IMG/VR virus record: IMGVR_UViG_3300030708_002383
Span: 1-29,236 of that record
From: a virus
Lineage: Duplodnaviria; Caudoviricetes
Length of the DNA: 29,236 nucleotides
Reading direction: 5' to 3' (one strand)
Made by a program: the position numbers and the translations under genes
The notes under the pieces: generated by a model
What the model was told of the DNA's origin: nothing
Seen by the model: only the letters and a program-made list of their open reading frames with translations
Database searches by the model: none
Shown: one piece after another, positions 27,631 through 29,236 of the stretch
Position numbering within the stretch: position 1 is the stretch's first letter
Layout of the letters: each line of letters opens with the position of its first letter

Positions 27631-29060
27631 AATTAAGCACATTAATACAAGAAAGAAGAGTATTAAGTGTTTTTGATTTTGATGATACAATTGCAAAATC
27701 AGATGCATGGGTATATGTAACACGAGCTGGCAGGATAACAAAAAAATTAGATCCTGCTCAGTTCGCTGTTTACAAACCTAAACCTGGTGAAGATTTTAAT
27801 TTTAAAGATTTTGATAGAAAAATTAGAAATCCAAGATTAATAAAACAAAATGCTGATTTATTAAGAAAACAATTAGATAAAGCAAGACGAGCTTCTCGAG
27901 GCGCAAGAAAAGTAACTATCTTAACTGCAAGAAGATTAGGCGCACCAGTTACTAGTTTTTTAAAAACAATGGGAATAGATGCTTATGTAGTTCCATTAGG
28001 TTCTGCAGATCCACAAAAGAAAGCAGATTGGATAGAAGCCCAGATTAGAAAAGGATATGATACAGTATATTTTATGGATGATAGCAATAAAAATATTGCT
28101 GCTGTAAATAACATGTTAAATAAATATCCAAAAGTAAAAAGAAGATCTATTACAAAACTAATCAAAGAAACAATTCAACCAAAAAAGAAAGCAACTAAAT
28201 TTTCAGATTATCTTTTGGAACAAGATATTTTATTAGAATATGAAATATTTAATTATAAAAAGAGATCTCCTGAGCGGTATGAATTTGAAGTTCCTATCGA
28301 TCAAAAAACATTAGATAGATTGAAGGCTCAAGGTGTAAAAATAAGTACACCTAAATTACGTTATTTTGTTACTGTAAATCATAATATGTCTAAACATAGA
28401 TTTGGACAATATGAAGCTGAATTTGGTATAGAAGGACAAAGACATGCAGGCGAAACAATTAATTTAGGTGTTAAACATTTGATGAGTGTTATCTATACAT
28501 CATTAGAAGTTGTAGATAAAATGGTAGAGGAATTGAAAATTGCAAATCTAAAAATAGATGGAGCGGCAGGAGAAAAAGATGATACTGGTGCATGGGGTGG
28601 AATGGAACCAACTCAAAGAAGTAATATATATGATAGAATAATTAGAAAACATTATCCAAGTTCTGCAGTTAAAACAACAGGAAGATTTATTGAAATTGAT
28701 ATGAAGAAAGCCAGACCTGAAATATTTAAAGGACAAGACAATAAGGTAGAACAACTAATTGATACAATAATGAAATATCTAAATACAGGTGAAGGCGCAT
28801 ATCCAAGAGAAGATATAGAAAGAGGAATATCAGGAACATCGGTAACTAATTTTGAACTTAGTACAGATGCAATTATTCATCCAAAATATGGAGCAATGTA
28901 TTTTGATGCATCGGTTAGCGATTATGATGGCTATGCAGGCGACTACTATGAAGCAAGTGTTGAGTATATGGATGAAATGCCTCCAGGGTCAGATGGTAGC
29001 GAAATGAAAGACTTTTCAAATTTTCAACAACTACTCAATTGGGTAAAAAGTTTAGCATGA
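27624..29060 (+). CDS. Multidomain protein: N-terminal HAD-superfamily phosphatase domain plus unknown C-terminal domains
   Basis: VFDFDDT (motif I), ILTAR (II), K (III), FMDDS..N (IV); TTG start; MLKLSTLIQE leader. Confidence 0.7.
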   Translation: MLKLSTLIQERRVLSVFDFDDTIAKSDAWVYVTRAGRITKKLDPAQFAVYKPKPGEDFNFKDFDRKIRNPRLIKQNADLLRKQLDKARRASRGARKVTILTARRLGAPVTSFLKTMGIDAYVVPLGSADPQKKADWIEAQIRKGYDTVYFMDDSNKNIAAVNNMLNKYPKVKRRSITKLIKETIQPKKKATKFSDYLLEQDILLEYEIFNYKKRSPERYEFEVPIDQKTLDRLKAQGVKISTPKLRYFVTVNHNMSKHRFGQYEAEFGIEGQRHAGETINLGVKHLMSVIYTSLEVVDKMVEELKIANLKIDGAAGEKDDTGAWGGMEPTQRSNIYDRIIRKHYPSSAVKTTGRFIEIDMKKARPEIFKGQDNKVEQLIDTIMKYLNTGEGAYPREDIERGISGTSVTNFELSTDAIIHPKYGAMYFDASVSDYDGYAGDYYEASVEYMDEMPPGSDGSEMKDFSNFQQLLNWVKSLA

Positions 29061-29236
29061 TCAGATTGAAGGACATATTAAATGAGTCTATGTCTAAAAA
29101 TAAAGTACAATCTATCATAGACAGAGTATTTCCTCAAATAGTTAATGACAGAGGTACAGGTAAAAAAGGTATTCCTAAAATAGAACTTCATTATGATATT
29201 TATGCTAGGTTGAGTGGTATTCCAGATATGAGAGGC
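29057..29236 (+). CDS. 5' part of a hypothetical protein with an MIRLKDILNE leader (truncated at window edge)
   Basis: ATGA overlap at 29057; frame open to the window end (MIRLKDILNESMSKNKVQSIIDRVFPQ...YARLSGIPDMRG). Confidence 0.7.
   Translation, partial: MIRLKDILNESMSKNKVQSIIDRVFPQIVNDRGTGKKGIPKIELHYDIYARLSGIPDMRG

Noticed and set aside
3653-28754. Short minus-strand ORFs in the track (e.g. 3653-3874, 7061-7456, 9212-9466, 18571-18813, 25446-25697, 26783-26977)
   Set aside because: All are antisense shadows of well-supported + strand genes, with F/I/L/Y-biased composition and no recognisable motifs.
1-29236. Alternative genetic code (stop-codon recoding)
   Set aside because: Code 11 gives near-complete coding density, and TAA, TGA and TAG all end genes at sensible boundaries.

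Overview
AT-rich, gene-dense window with every credible CDS on the + strand and many ATGA/TAATG start-stop overlaps. It looks like part of a large T4-like (Caudoviricetes) phage genome, possibly with a Bacteroidota/FCB-group host. Three blocks are visible. (1) ~1-5.9 kb, replication and nucleotide modification: a TGT-fold protein (DpdA-like candidate) directly upstream of a sliding clamp and clamp loader (gp45/gp44/gp62-like), followed by DUF1599/Nmad1, a PD-(D/E)XK nuclease and a SLOG protein. (2) ~5.9-26.6 kb, a ~20.6 kb glycan biosynthesis island: about a dozen glycosyltransferase domains (GT4, GT2, GT-A/GT8-like, GT29 sialyltransferase-like), three methyltransferases, a deacetylase, a PhyH dioxygenase, an epimerase, UDP-glucose dehydrogenase, and a candidate ulosonic-acid module (atypical DAHP/KDO8P synthase, CMP-transferase, 2-hydroxyacid dehydrogenase). 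(3) ~27-29.2 kb: a YkuD-like putative lysin and proteins with 'M-x-K/R-L-x-x-h-h-x-E' leaders suggestive of packaged head proteins. A shared ATATTTATAwTAAA motif precedes block 2, the GT29 module and block 3, hinting that the glycan island is late-expressed (virion or surface glycosylation). No tRNA, rRNA, CRISPR or IS element was seen. All functional calls come from motif recognition by eye, not from database searches.
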